The notes under the pieces were generated by a model, which was not told the DNA's origin, searched no databases, and saw only the letters and a program-made list of their open reading frames with translations. Made by a program: the position numbers and the translations under genes. A DNA stretch of 34,077 nt from a virus (lineage: Duplodnaviria > Heunggongvirae > Uroviricota > Caudoviricetes): the IMG/VR virus record IMGVR_UViG_2547132421_000005. The stretch is one strand, 5' to 3'. Shown in pieces: positions 25,414 to 34,077 of the stretch (positions are counted from its first letter, which is position 1; each line of letters starts with the position of its first letter).

Positions 25414-26695
25414 TGTGCCTCAGGCGCGATTTCTTTCAATGCCCCACAAATTTAAAGCCTATGTCGCTGGTTTTGGCTCGGGTAAAACATGGATTGGGTG
25501 TGGTGGCATATGCAAGGGGATTTGGGAACATCCTGGTATAAATCAGGGATATTTTGCGCCAACGTATCCCCAAATTCGCGATATTTTTTACCCTACAGTG
25601 GAAGAAGTTGCTGCTGACTGGGGATTGAATGTAAAAATTAATGAGGGAAATAAAGAGGTTCATTTTTATTACGGACGTCAGTATCGGGGAACCACTATCT
25701 GCAGAACGATGGAGAAGCCGCAAACGATCGTCGGTTTCAAAATTGGTAATGCGCTGGTGGATGAACTGGACATTTTGCCGAAGGAAAAAGCCAGAACAGC
25801 GTGGCGCAAGATAATTGCGCGTATGCGTTATAAGGTTGATGGACTTCGCAACGGTATTGACGTTACAACCACGCCGGAAGGATTCAAATTTGTCTACGAG
25901 CAGTTTGTTAAAGCCGTGCGTGAAAAAACAGAGCTGGCCTCACTGTATGGTCTGGTGCAGGCATCTACTTTCGATAATGAAAAGAACCTGCCAGCAGATT
26001 ACATTCCTTCGCTTCTTGAGTCATACCCTCCAGAGCTGATTAAAGCCTATCTTCGAGGACAGTTTACTAACCTGACAAGTGGTACTGTTTACCATCAGTT
26101 TGACCGGAAACTGAATAATTGCGAAGAAGTGGAGCAGCCAGGGGAGCCGATTTATATTGGGATGGATTTTAACGTTGGAAAGATGGCGGGGGGCGTCCAT
26201 GTACTGCGTTTGGGGCTTCCATGTGCGGTAACTGAAATCATCAATGCCTACGATACACCGGATATGATCCGCATCATTAAAGAACGCTTCTGGCTGTATG
26301 ACGGGAATGATTACCGGAAAGTGAGGGAGATTTATATTTATCCAGATGCTTCCGGAGATTCCAGAAAATCAAGTAACGCAAGTACGACGGATATAGCCCA
26401 GCTTAAGCAGGCTGGTTTTAACGTTGTGGTGAACAGCTCGAACCCGCCAGTAAAAGATCGCGTTAACTCAATGAATGCAATGTTCTGCAATGCCAATGGC
26501 GAACGTCGCTATAAAGTTAATGTGAAGCGTTGTCCGGTATATGCCGAATCTCTGGAGCAACAGGTCTGGGATGATAAGGGGGAGCCTGATAAAAAATCAG
26601 GCAACGATCACCCGAATGATGCCGGAGGCTATTTCATCGTTAAGCAATTCCCTATTATCAAACCGACCGGAAGAGTCACATCACTTCGGATTTAA
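25385..26695 (+). CDS. Terminase large subunit, 436 aa
   Basis: Track ORF; Walker A-like AGFGSGKTW near the N-terminus; conserved position upstream of portal. Start codon uncertain. Confidence 0.8.
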   Translation: MMKMISPTLNVPQARFLSMPHKFKAYVAGFGSGKTWIGCGGICKGIWEHPGINQGYFAPTYPQIRDIFYPTVEEVAADWGLNVKINEGNKEVHFYYGRQYRGTTICRTMEKPQTIVGFKIGNALVDELDILPKEKARTAWRKIIARMRYKVDGLRNGIDVTTTPEGFKFVYEQFVKAVREKTELASLYGLVQASTFDNEKNLPADYIPSLLESYPPELIKAYLRGQFTNLTSGTVYHQFDRKLNNCEEVEQPGEPIYIGMDFNVGKMAGGVHVLRLGLPCAVTEIINAYDTPDMIRIIKERFWLYDGNDYRKVREIYIYPDASGDSRKSSNASTTDIAQLKQAGFNVVVNSSNPPVKDRVNSMNAMFCNANGERRYKVNVKRCPVYAESLEQQVWDDKGEPDKKSGNDHPNDAGGYFIVKQFPIIKPTGRVTSLRI

Positions 26696-26697
26696 TT

Positions 26698-28104
26698 ATG
26701 GCTGATATATCAACACCCAACCTCGACTATAACGATATGCTGGAGGCGTGGGATATTAACGACGCACTGATGGGCGGTACGCTTGAAATGCGCAGGCAGG
26801 GGGAAAATTATCTCCCAAAATGGCCTAACGAAGATGAAGACGCTTATAAAAAACGCCTGTCTGTGGCTACGCTACTTCCTGTGTATGAAGAAAGCATTAA
26901 GCAAAATATTGGACGCATATTTGCAGAGCCGACAGTATTGAGTGAGGAAACGCCGGAAAAAATCAGGGAATATGCAGAAAATATCGACATGGAGGGGAGC
27001 CGACTGGATGTGTGGGCGCAGCAATTTTTCAGCCTCGCATTTCAGTATGGTGTGGCACATGCGCTGGTGGACTATCCACGAACGGATATGAAGGAGATCC
27101 GGACAAAAGCCGATGAAAATGCGGCTGGTGGTCGCCCATACGTTACGATGCTGAATCCACGCCAGGTTATTGGATGGAAATCGAAAGTTGAAAAAGGGAA
27201 AGTTGTTCTTACTGATTTGCGTATAAAAGAAGTCATCATTGTTGATGGTGATGATTTCGGGCAGAAGAAGGTGGAGCAGATCCGCCATATTATGCCCCGT
27301 TGCGTTGAAATTTATCGACGCAGCGAAGGTACTAATGGCGAATCTGTCTGGACGCTTCACGAGTCATGGAATACCAGCCGTGATGATATTCCTCTGGTAA
27401 CACTGTATACGAAGAAAACAGGGTTTATGCGTGGTACACCGCCATTGCTTAATCTTGGCTTGCTGAATATCAAGCACTGGCAAAGCCAGAGCGAGCAGGA
27501 CAATATTCTTCATGTTGCCCGCGTCCCATTGCTGGTGGCCTACGGGCTGGACAGGAATGAAGAACTGACGGTTGGTGCATCCACCGCTACGATTTTTGAG
27601 GACAGAACAAAAAATGGCCTCGAATATGTTGAACATAGTGGGGCAGCGATAGAATCTGGCGAAACATCACTGGAGAAGCTGGAAAATCAGATGCGTCATG
27701 CCGGCGCTAAACTTCTGCGGGCTGAAAATACATCCACCAAATCTGTTGATCAGACTAATGAAGAGCGGATGCAGGAAAACTCGCCGCTTTATACAATGGC
27801 GAACTCCCTCGAAGATGCCCTCGATAATATTCTCCAGATAATGGCGGAATGGATCGGAGAGAGTTGCGGCGGCAATGTGAATGTGCGCACTGAACTGGAT
27901 GTATCTGCCCAGGTGTTTGACTCATCCTCCGCGCTGGCTGTTCAGTCATTGCGTCAGGGCGGTGATATACGTCAGATTGATGCGGTTCGGGTGTTGCAGG
28001 CGTTGAAATTTATCGATCAGGATTCCCGTCCAGAGGAAGTGATCGATGAATTAAAAAATCAGAGTGTAATGCTGATGGAAATCAATGATGCAAACCGTGA
28101 ATGA
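26698..28104 (+). CDS. Portal protein, 468 aa
   Basis: Track ORF; size and position between terminase large subunit and head morphogenesis gene. Confidence 0.7.
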   Translation: MADISTPNLDYNDMLEAWDINDALMGGTLEMRRQGENYLPKWPNEDEDAYKKRLSVATLLPVYEESIKQNIGRIFAEPTVLSEETPEKIREYAENIDMEGSRLDVWAQQFFSLAFQYGVAHALVDYPRTDMKEIRTKADENAAGGRPYVTMLNPRQVIGWKSKVEKGKVVLTDLRIKEVIIVDGDDFGQKKVEQIRHIMPRCVEIYRRSEGTNGESVWTLHESWNTSRDDIPLVTLYTKKTGFMRGTPPLLNLGLLNIKHWQSQSEQDNILHVARVPLLVAYGLDRNEELTVGASTATIFEDRTKNGLEYVEHSGAAIESGETSLEKLENQMRHAGAKLLRAENTSTKSVDQTNEERMQENSPLYTMANSLEDALDNILQIMAEWIGESCGGNVNVRTELDVSAQVFDSSSALAVQSLRQGGDIRQIDAVRVLQALKFIDQDSRPEEVIDELKNQSVMLMEINDANRE

Positions 28105-29200
28105 ACGGCTGCGTGATGAATCAATTGCTCATGCAGTCTGGATATCTCGCTATAGCACTGGTGTGGCTGCCAGAATGGTGAAAACACTGAATGACAGCGA
28201 TGCGGAGCTTACAGCTCGCCTGCTGGTGGCACTGGACAGCCTCGATCCAGGTAGTTTCACCGTTACGCGCCTGGAGTCACTTCTGGCGAGTGTCAGAGAG
28301 GTTAACCGCGCTGCTATTAACAGCATGTTTACCAGGCTCTCCGGAGAGCTGAACGAGCTGGCAGTTTATGAGGCTGGTTATCAGTTAAGTCTGTTTGATT
28401 CTCTGCTACCTGATTTTGTTGCTGATGTTCACCCTCTGGTTGGTATCTCACCTGATGCACTTTATGCCGCGGCAATGGCGCGACCATTCCAGGGACGACT
28501 GCTCAGTGAGTGGGCCTCAGATCTTGAGGCGGATCGGCTCAGACGCATAACAAATACGGTGCGTCAGGGTTTTTTGTTGGGGGATACCAATGAGCAGATC
28601 GCAAGAAAAATTCGGGGACATGTCAGTAAGGGATTTCAGGATGGTGCATTGCAGATGAGCCGGGCTAATGCGGCCAGCATTGCAAAAACAGCGGTTGGAC
28701 ATCTTGCTGCTACTGCCCGTGAGAGTTTTGCCAGCGCGAATAATGATTTGATTAAGGGTAAGCAATGGTTATCAACGCTTGATAATCGTACTACGCCACA
28801 ATGTCGAATCAGGGATCGCCTCAAATATACGCTGAATAATAAACCTGTAGGTCACAGCGTGCCTTATTTGCAGGGGCCGGGAAAAATTCATTTCTGCTGC
28901 CGCTCAACGGAAACGTTCATTCTGAAATCAGCGAAGGAACTGGGTATTGATGTTCGTGATATTTCCCCGGCTGAGCGGGCCAGCATGGATGGCGTGGTGG
29001 CCGGAGATACAACCTACAGGGAATGGTTTTTGCGTCAGCCTTACACCAGACAAAAACAGATTGTGGGGGAAACCCGGGCAAAGCTGATTCGGGATGGCGG
29101 TATGTCGCCAGATGAATTTTACACCGATAAAGGCGAATGGCTGACGCTGAAGCAACTCCGTGAGCGTGATGCACAGGTATTCAGAAAAGCAGGGATTTAA
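28085..29200 (+). CDS. Head morphogenesis / minor head protein (SPP1 gp7 / Mu F-like), 371 aa
   Basis: Track ORF; position after portal. Confidence 0.65.
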   Translation: MMQTVNERLRDESIAHAVWISRYSTGVAARMVKTLNDSDAELTARLLVALDSLDPGSFTVTRLESLLASVREVNRAAINSMFTRLSGELNELAVYEAGYQLSLFDSLLPDFVADVHPLVGISPDALYAAAMARPFQGRLLSEWASDLEADRLRRITNTVRQGFLLGDTNEQIARKIRGHVSKGFQDGALQMSRANAASIAKTAVGHLAATARESFASANNDLIKGKQWLSTLDNRTTPQCRIRDRLKYTLNNKPVGHSVPYLQGPGKIHFCCRSTETFILKSAKELGIDVRDISPAERASMDGVVAGDTTYREWFLRQPYTRQKQIVGETRAKLIRDGGMSPDEFYTDKGEWLTLKQLRERDAQVFRKAGI

Positions 29201-29219
29201 ATAAATCATTTATTACAAC

Positions 29220-29246
29220 AGGCTACCTTCGGGTGGCCTTTTTTAT
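29220..29246 (+). terminator. Intrinsic terminator after the head morphogenesis gene
   Basis: ggctacc-ttcg-ggtggcc hairpin (one wobble pair) followed by ttttttatt. Confidence 0.5.
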
Positions 29247-29304
29247 TGCTGCGATCCGGATGGTGAGCAGCGTAACTGTCGGAAGACTTAAACCAGGTAC
29301 TAAT

Positions 29305-30069
29305 ATGAAACTGAAAACGGTCGAGATTAACGGAAAACAATACGCAGAAATTGATACTGCTGGCCTGCCAGTTTATGTGCACGACGATGGTAAAGAAATC
29401 GGCTTCGATGCACCGCTGGCGATAAAAAAAATTACAGAGCTTAATGGCGAGGCAAAAAATCATCGCCTGGCTAAAGAAGCTGCAGAGGAAAAACTGGCTA
29501 AGTTTGCCGCTATCGAAGACCCGAAGAAGGCGATCGAGGCACTGGAAATGCTGTCAAAAATCGACCAGAAAAAGCTGATCGATGCGGGACAGGTTGACCA
29601 GGTTAAGGCAGAAATTACGAAAAATTTTCAGCAGCAATTAGATGAAGAAAAGCAACGCTCTCAGATGCTGGAGACGCAGCTTTACGATTCTATGATTGGC
29701 GGTAGTTTTGCGGGGTCAAAATATATTGCCGATAAAATTGCGATCCCGGCAGATTTATTACAAGCCCGCTTCGGGCAGGCATTCAAAGTGGAAGAAGGGA
29801 AGATCGTTGCTTATGACGCTTCCGGCAACAAAATTTATTCCCGCGCGAAGCCTGGCGAACTGGCGCAGTTTGATGAGGCGCTGGAGTTCCTCGTCGAAAA
29901 TTACCCTCAGAAAGACTACATCCTGAAAGCCAGTGGCAACAATGGCGGCGGCTCCCGTCCGACACAGCATGATATTGGTCAGAAAACGATGAAACGCTCT
30001 GCTTTTGATGCACTGGATGTTGCAGGTAAGCAAAACGCATTGAAAGACGGTATCACAATCGTTGATTAA
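29305..30069 (+). CDS. Scaffolding protein (candidate), 254 aa
   Basis: Internal ATG of track ORF 29233..30069 (MKLKTVEINGKQYAEIDTAG...); acidic, helix-rich; lies directly upstream of the capsid gene. Confidence 0.55.
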   Translation: MKLKTVEINGKQYAEIDTAGLPVYVHDDGKEIGFDAPLAIKKITELNGEAKNHRLAKEAAEEKLAKFAAIEDPKKAIEALEMLSKIDQKKLIDAGQVDQVKAEITKNFQQQLDEEKQRSQMLETQLYDSMIGGSFAGSKYIADKIAIPADLLQARFGQAFKVEEGKIVAYDASGNKIYSRAKPGELAQFDEALEFLVENYPQKDYILKASGNNGGGSRPTQHDIGQKTMKRSAFDALDVAGKQNALKDGITIVD

Positions 30070-30167
30070 CACATTTGTCAGCTTCCGGATGGGAGCTGGT
30101 GTCAGGGCTGGATAGCTCATTACTCCATCTATTCACAATTACGCAAATTTTTAAGGAATATTTAATT

Positions 30168-31307
30168 ATGGCTGGAAATACCCTGACCGGGTTGATCCCG
30201 ACTATTTATACCGCCCTGGATGTTGTATCCCGTGAGCAGGTAGGTTTTATCCCTGCGGTAGCAAAAAACGCAAAAGCTGACGCCGCAGCAAAAGATCAGA
30301 CGGTAACCGCGCCAGTTGCGCCTGAGGCGAAAACCGAAGATATCGTACCAGGGCCGTCAGCTCCGAATACCGGTGATCAAAATATTGGCACTGTTGATGT
30401 AAAAATTACTAAATCCAAAATGGCACCGGTTAAATGGAATGGTGAAGAACAACTGGCTCTTGGCCCTTCAGGGACTTACAACACCATTCTGGCTGATCAG
30501 TTCAAGCAGGCTTTTCGCGCCCTTGCAAACGAGGTTGAGGCTGATCTTGGTGCGTTGTATTTCGGTGCTTCCCGCGCCGTGGGAACCGCAGGGACAACGC
30601 CGTTTGGTGTTAAAGATGATCTTTCTGATGCTGCTCTGGCTCGTCAGGTTCTGGAGGATAACGGCGCACCGACAACCGATCTGCAGATGGTGCTTGGCTC
30701 CACTGCCATTGCTAATTTGCGCGGAAAACAGTCTGTATTGTTTAAAGTGAATGAATCCGGCACTGAACAGCTACTGCGTGAGGGCGTGTTGGGGCGTCTG
30801 GAGGGATTCAATATTCACAGTTCGGCAGGTGTGAAACGAGCGCCAAAGGTTGCTGCAACTGGTTATCTCGTGAATGGAGAGAAAAAAGAAGGCGATGTTC
30901 TTATTTCCATTGATACTGGTTCGGGGAGTATTTCTGCAGGTCAGATTGTTACGTTCGCTGGTGATCCGAATCAGTATGTTGTGGCAGCAGCGACCAGCAA
31001 TCTGATTACTCTTGCAGCGCCCGGACTGCGTCAGGATCTGGCCGATGATACTGCCATCACAGTTGTTGGGGCCTTTACTGCAAATATGGCGTTTGATCGC
31101 AACGCGTTTCTGCTGGCATCCCGTACTCCGGCAATGCCGGAAGGTGGCGATAATGCTGATGATGTAATGAATGTTACGGACCCGATTTCAGGGATTACGT
31201 TCCAGATTGCACTGTATCGTCAGTATCGCCAGGTGCGCTATGAAGTTGGACTGGCATGGGGTGTTTCATCAGTGAAGCCGGCACATGGTTGTCTGATTCT
31301 TGGTTAA
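30168..31307 (+). CDS. Major capsid protein (candidate), 379 aa
   Basis: Internal ATG of track ORF 30075..31307 (MAGNTLTGLIPTIYTALDVVSREQVGFIPAVAKN...); AGGA RBS; followed by a strong terminator. Confidence 0.65.
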   Translation: MAGNTLTGLIPTIYTALDVVSREQVGFIPAVAKNAKADAAAKDQTVTAPVAPEAKTEDIVPGPSAPNTGDQNIGTVDVKITKSKMAPVKWNGEEQLALGPSGTYNTILADQFKQAFRALANEVEADLGALYFGASRAVGTAGTTPFGVKDDLSDAALARQVLEDNGAPTTDLQMVLGSTAIANLRGKQSVLFKVNESGTEQLLREGVLGRLEGFNIHSSAGVKRAPKVAATGYLVNGEKKEGDVLISIDTGSGSISAGQIVTFAGDPNQYVVAAATSNLITLAAPGLRQDLADDTAITVVGAFTANMAFDRNAFLLASRTPAMPEGGDNADDVMNVTDPISGITFQIALYRQYRQVRYEVGLAWGVSSVKPAHGCLILG

Positions 31308-31316
31308 ACATTCAAA

Positions 31317-31337
31317 CGGGGCTTCGGCCCCATTTTT
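31317..31337 (+). terminator. Intrinsic terminator after the capsid gene
   Basis: ggggc-ttcg-gcccc hairpin followed by attttta. Confidence 0.55.
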
Positions 31338-31349
31338 AATGGGGGGCAT

Positions 31350-31526
31350 ATGGCCGGATTAACTAAAGAGCAAAGAGCACAGCGTGAAGCCGCACAAAAA
31401 ACGCAAATTGAGTTAGTGGTTATGGTGACCGATTATCAGATGTTTCCCGGCGCACCAACTATCGCTAATGTTCATCCTGATGAAGTTGACAACTGGAAGG
31501 CTATGGGCTGGAAAACTCAGGAGTAA
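31350..31526 (+). CDS. Small hypothetical head-region protein, 58 aa (not in track)
   Basis: My own translation: MAGLTKEQRAQREAAQKTQIELVVMVTDYQMFPGAPTIANVHPDEVDNWKAMGWKTQE; ends 3 nt before the next gene. Hand-read. Confidence 0.4.
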   Translation: MAGLTKEQRAQREAAQKTQIELVVMVTDYQMFPGAPTIANVHPDEVDNWKAMGWKTQE

Positions 31527-31529
31527 CAC

Positions 31530-31925
31530 ATGATCACTTACGTGACCTGTGATGACGTTGATAATGCGTTTGGGAACGCCTGGACGAGTGAGAACGCTAA
31601 AAATAAAGCTGTTTTAATGGCTAATGCCTGGCTTAATGGTTTCAACCTGAAAATTAACCCATCCCGTATTCCGGAAGAGGTAAAACTTGCGGGAGCGTAT
31701 GCAGCCAGAATTGCCTCATTCGGTAAGTTGTTTCAGCAGAAAAATGATTCTGGCGTTGTTATCAGTAAAGCCGTGTCGGCTGACGGGGTCAGTGTATCGA
31801 AATCATTTTCTGAGTTGCCAGCAAACAGCACTGCATTGCTTGAACCCGATTTACAGCTTGCGATAGCACTGCTGAAACCGTACGGACTTAGTCGCTCACA
31901 AGTCAGGGTTGTGAGGGGGGGATAA
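31530..31925 (+). CDS. Head-tail connector / DNA-packaging (gp6-like) protein, 131 aa
   Basis: Track ORF; position after capsid; translationally coupled to the next gene. Confidence 0.45.
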   Translation: MITYVTCDDVDNAFGNAWTSENAKNKAVLMANAWLNGFNLKINPSRIPEEVKLAGAYAARIASFGKLFQQKNDSGVVISKAVSADGVSVSKSFSELPANSTALLEPDLQLAIALLKPYGLSRSQVRVVRGG

Positions 31926-32308
31926 TGGGGCTTCGTGAAGAGATTCAGTCAGAGGTTGCCGCTGCTTTTGATGAGGATTTAGCGGACGCCGTGAGTGATA
32001 TTTCTGGTTCTTACGTTACGCACCGGCACTGGGATCCTGTGACGGAAACTGGCGGCGAATCCACCGCAATCTATACCGGGCGAGGCGTGTTGACACGTTA
32101 TAAGCTGGGCAGAATTGATGGGATTAATATTTTGCATGGTGACCTTAAATTAACCGCTCTGGTATGCGAGGTTACGGATAAACCAGCTGTCGACCATATT
32201 ATTGAGATTTATGATCCTGTATCAAGGCAGTTACAACGATACGAGGTAATTACAGCAAGTGTAGATCCTTCCGCATCAGTTTACTCTATCCAGTTAAGGA
32301 GAGCGTAA
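31925..32308 (+). CDS. Head-tail adaptor / head closure protein (candidate), 127 aa
   Basis: Track ORF; position. Confidence 0.45.
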   Translation: MGLREEIQSEVAAAFDEDLADAVSDISGSYVTHRHWDPVTETGGESTAIYTGRGVLTRYKLGRIDGINILHGDLKLTALVCEVTDKPAVDHIIEIYDPVSRQLQRYEVITASVDPSASVYSIQLRRA

Positions 32309-32659
32309 ATGGCAAAGGCATGGGATATAGAACCGTCAATATTTGCCGGGATGATTGAGGAAGATGTAGGGCTGAAGATTCGCTACATCGCTATTCAGAT
32401 TCTTACTGCTATTGATATTGCTGCTCCGGTTGATACCGGACGTTTCAGAAATAACAACCTGGTGTCGTTACAGCATCCCGATTTTGGTATATCTGATAAC
32501 GTGGATCCGAACGGTACGATTGCTGTTCAGCGTGGGATCGGGGTTATTTCGAAAGCTGCAAATTACGGGGTTATTTATATCCAAAATAACCTTCCTTATG
32601 CAGAGGCTCTTGAAAACGGTCATTCACAACAAGCGCCAACTGGCGTGTATGCCAACGCT
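32309..32659 (+). pseudogene. Tail-component gene (HK97 gp10-like family, tentative) truncated at its 3' end by IS1
   Basis: Track ORF 32309..32686 runs into IS1; its last residues (GDAANLLI) are encoded by the IS1 terminal repeat, so the native C-terminus is missing. Confidence 0.5.
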
Positions 32660-32714
32660 GGTGATGCTGCCAACTTACTGATTTAGTGTATGATGGTGTT
32701 TTTGAGGTGCTCCA

Positions 32715-32990
32715 GTGGCTTCTGTTTCTATCAGCTGTCCCTCCTGTTCAGCTACTGACGGGGTGGTGCGTAACGGCAAAAGCACCGCCGGACATCAGCG
32801 CTATCTCTGCTCTCACTGCCGTAAAACATGGCAACTGCAGTTCACTTACACCGCTTCTCAACCCGGTACGCACCAGAAAATCATTGATATGGCCATGAAT
32901 GGCGTTGGATGCCGGGCAACAGCCCGCATTATGGGCGTTGGCCTCAACACGATTTTACGTCACTTAAAAAACTCAGGCCGCAGTCGGTAA
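32715..32990 (+). CDS. insA: IS1 InsA, 91 aa
   Basis: Track ORF; [43 protein letters not shown]. Confidence 0.9.
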
Positions 32991-33412
32991 CCTCGCGCAT
33001 ACAGCCGGGCAGTGACGTCATCGTCTGCGCGGAAATGGACGAACAGTGGGGCTATGTCGGGGCTAAATCGCGCCAGCGCTGGCTGTTTTACGCGTATGAC
33101 AGGCTCCGGAAGACGGTTGTTGCGCACGTATTCGGTGAACGCACTATGGCGACGCTGGGGCGTCTTCTGAGCCTGCTGTCGGCCTTTGACGTGGTGATAT
33201 GGATGACGGATGGCTGGCCGCTGTATGAATCCCGCCTGAAGGGAAAGCTGCACGTAATCAGCAAGCGATATACGCAGCGAATTGAGCGGCATAACCTGAA
33301 TCTGAGGCAGCACCTGGCACGGCTGGGACGGAAGTCGCTGTCGTTCTCAAAATCGGTGGAGCTGCATGACAAAGTCATCGGGCATTATCTGAACATAAAA
33401 CACTATCAATAA
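32909..33412 (+). CDS. insB: IS1 InsB reading frame (normally expressed as an InsAB' frameshift fusion)
   Basis: Track ORF; overlaps the 3' end of insA in the -1 frame, as in IS1. Confidence 0.85.
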
Positions 33413-33427
33413 GTTGGAGTCATTACC

Positions 33428-34077
33428 CCCGCGTTATACCACGTCCCATTAATGCAATACTGAATTGGCCTTGCCTGAGTTGTATCAATTAATTCATCAC
33501 GGTTTCCGTTAACTGAACCCGTAACGACATAACCTGACCTGTCAGACCAGCCGGGGCCTTTCCATGTCTGAACAGATGACAGACCGCCAAGGCGAATACC
33601 TGTAATAAACCTTGAGTTACATTCTGCCTGCGTATATGCACCAACATCCCCCGCAGAGGGTTTGCGTGTTGTGGTGTAAAACTCTGACCAGTTAGCTTCA
33701 AAGCCATAACCATCACGCGCTGAACGATAAAAAATACCGCCGTTCCTGTAATTCACGCGGAACTGTACAGCAGGGCAACTCCCCGCATTCATATTGAAGT
33801 GGAGGATTAATGTCGATGCACCACTGATATCTGCATCATAAACACCGCTATTCCAGTTCCAGCCAACAGCTTTATCATTTGCGACCCTGCGTCCTGTTTG
33901 CCCTAAAGCAAATGCAGGCTGCTGGTTTTTCGTGTTGTAGTCTCGTCGCCAGCCAGGAGCGTAAGCATCACCATGATTAATATAAGTGAATTGAGCGTTA
34001 GTAATTCCGCCACCGCTGGACGTGCTCGGCGTAGTAACGCGTATGGTCATTGCGCCGCGAGTGCCAATAACTTCCAC
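33428..34077 (-). pseudogene. Tail-fibre-like gene fragment on the minus strand, 3' end truncated by IS1; 5' end beyond the window
   Basis: Track ORF 33406..34077 (no real start, runs to the window edge); Gly/Ser/Thr/Asn-rich beta-type sequence typical of tail-fibre distal domains; last 6 codons and stop come from the IS1 end. Confidence 0.45.

Larger units (their letters stand above)
32660..33427 (+). mobile_element. IS1, complete 768 bp
   Basis: Starts ggtgatgctgccaacttactgatttagtgtatgatggtg and ends cactatcaataagttggagtcattacc; InsA/InsB ORFs inside; flanks gccaacgct and cccgcgtta, so no 9-bp target duplication. Confidence 0.95.

Noticed and set aside
1-34077. Search for tRNA, rRNA and CRISPR loci
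   Set aside because: No cloverleaf-like conserved tRNA sequences, rRNA-like segments or regularly spaced repeat-spacer arrays were seen by eye; a tRNAscan/Infernal run would be needed to exclude tRNAs in the AT-rich intergenic regions (16819-17010, 17971-18312, 20693-20820).

Overview
This window is the left ~34 kb of a lambdoid prophage integrated at the lambda attachment site of an Escherichia-type chromosome, and it looks mosaic and defective. Host gene ybhC (1-1284, minus) abuts attL (lambda core GCTTTTTTATACTAA at 1331-1345, followed by the P' arm). Prophage gene order: int-xis; a visibly AT-rich accessory island (about 2.7-4.7 kb); small lambda-like orfs; exo-bet-gam-kil-cIII-ea10 on the minus strand; sieB; an N-like antiterminator; a P22/phage-21-type immunity region (c2-type repressor, cro, c1) with boxA/boxB nut sites on both sides; lambda-type O (with ori iterons) and P; ren; a nin region (ninB, a frameshifted Dam-like methyltransferase, ninE, rusA with an internal amber codon, ylcG); a Q-type antiterminator; a three-gene moron island (blc-like lipocalin, DUF523-DUF1722 protein, AppY-like AraC regulator); a holin gene cut at codon 19 by IS3, with the endolysin and the 5' part of Rz/Rz1 missing; a trkG-like K+ transporter; a ParB-like/GT-A-like module; terminase small and large subunits, portal, head morphogenesis, scaffold, major capsid and head-tail joining genes; and finally IS1 abutting a truncated tail-component gene on one side and an inverted, truncated tail-fibre gene on the other. 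Neither IS element has a target-site duplication. No rRNA, tRNA or CRISPR array was seen. The most likely places for an undescribed system are the xis-proximal accessory island, the Q-S moron island and the ParB-like/GT-A-like pair, but none of these matches a system I can name. All identifications rest on my recognition of translated ORFs and motifs; no database search or computation was possible. Coordinates of sites smaller than track ORFs were read by eye and may be off by a few bases. CDS coordinates include the stop codon, as in the ORF track.
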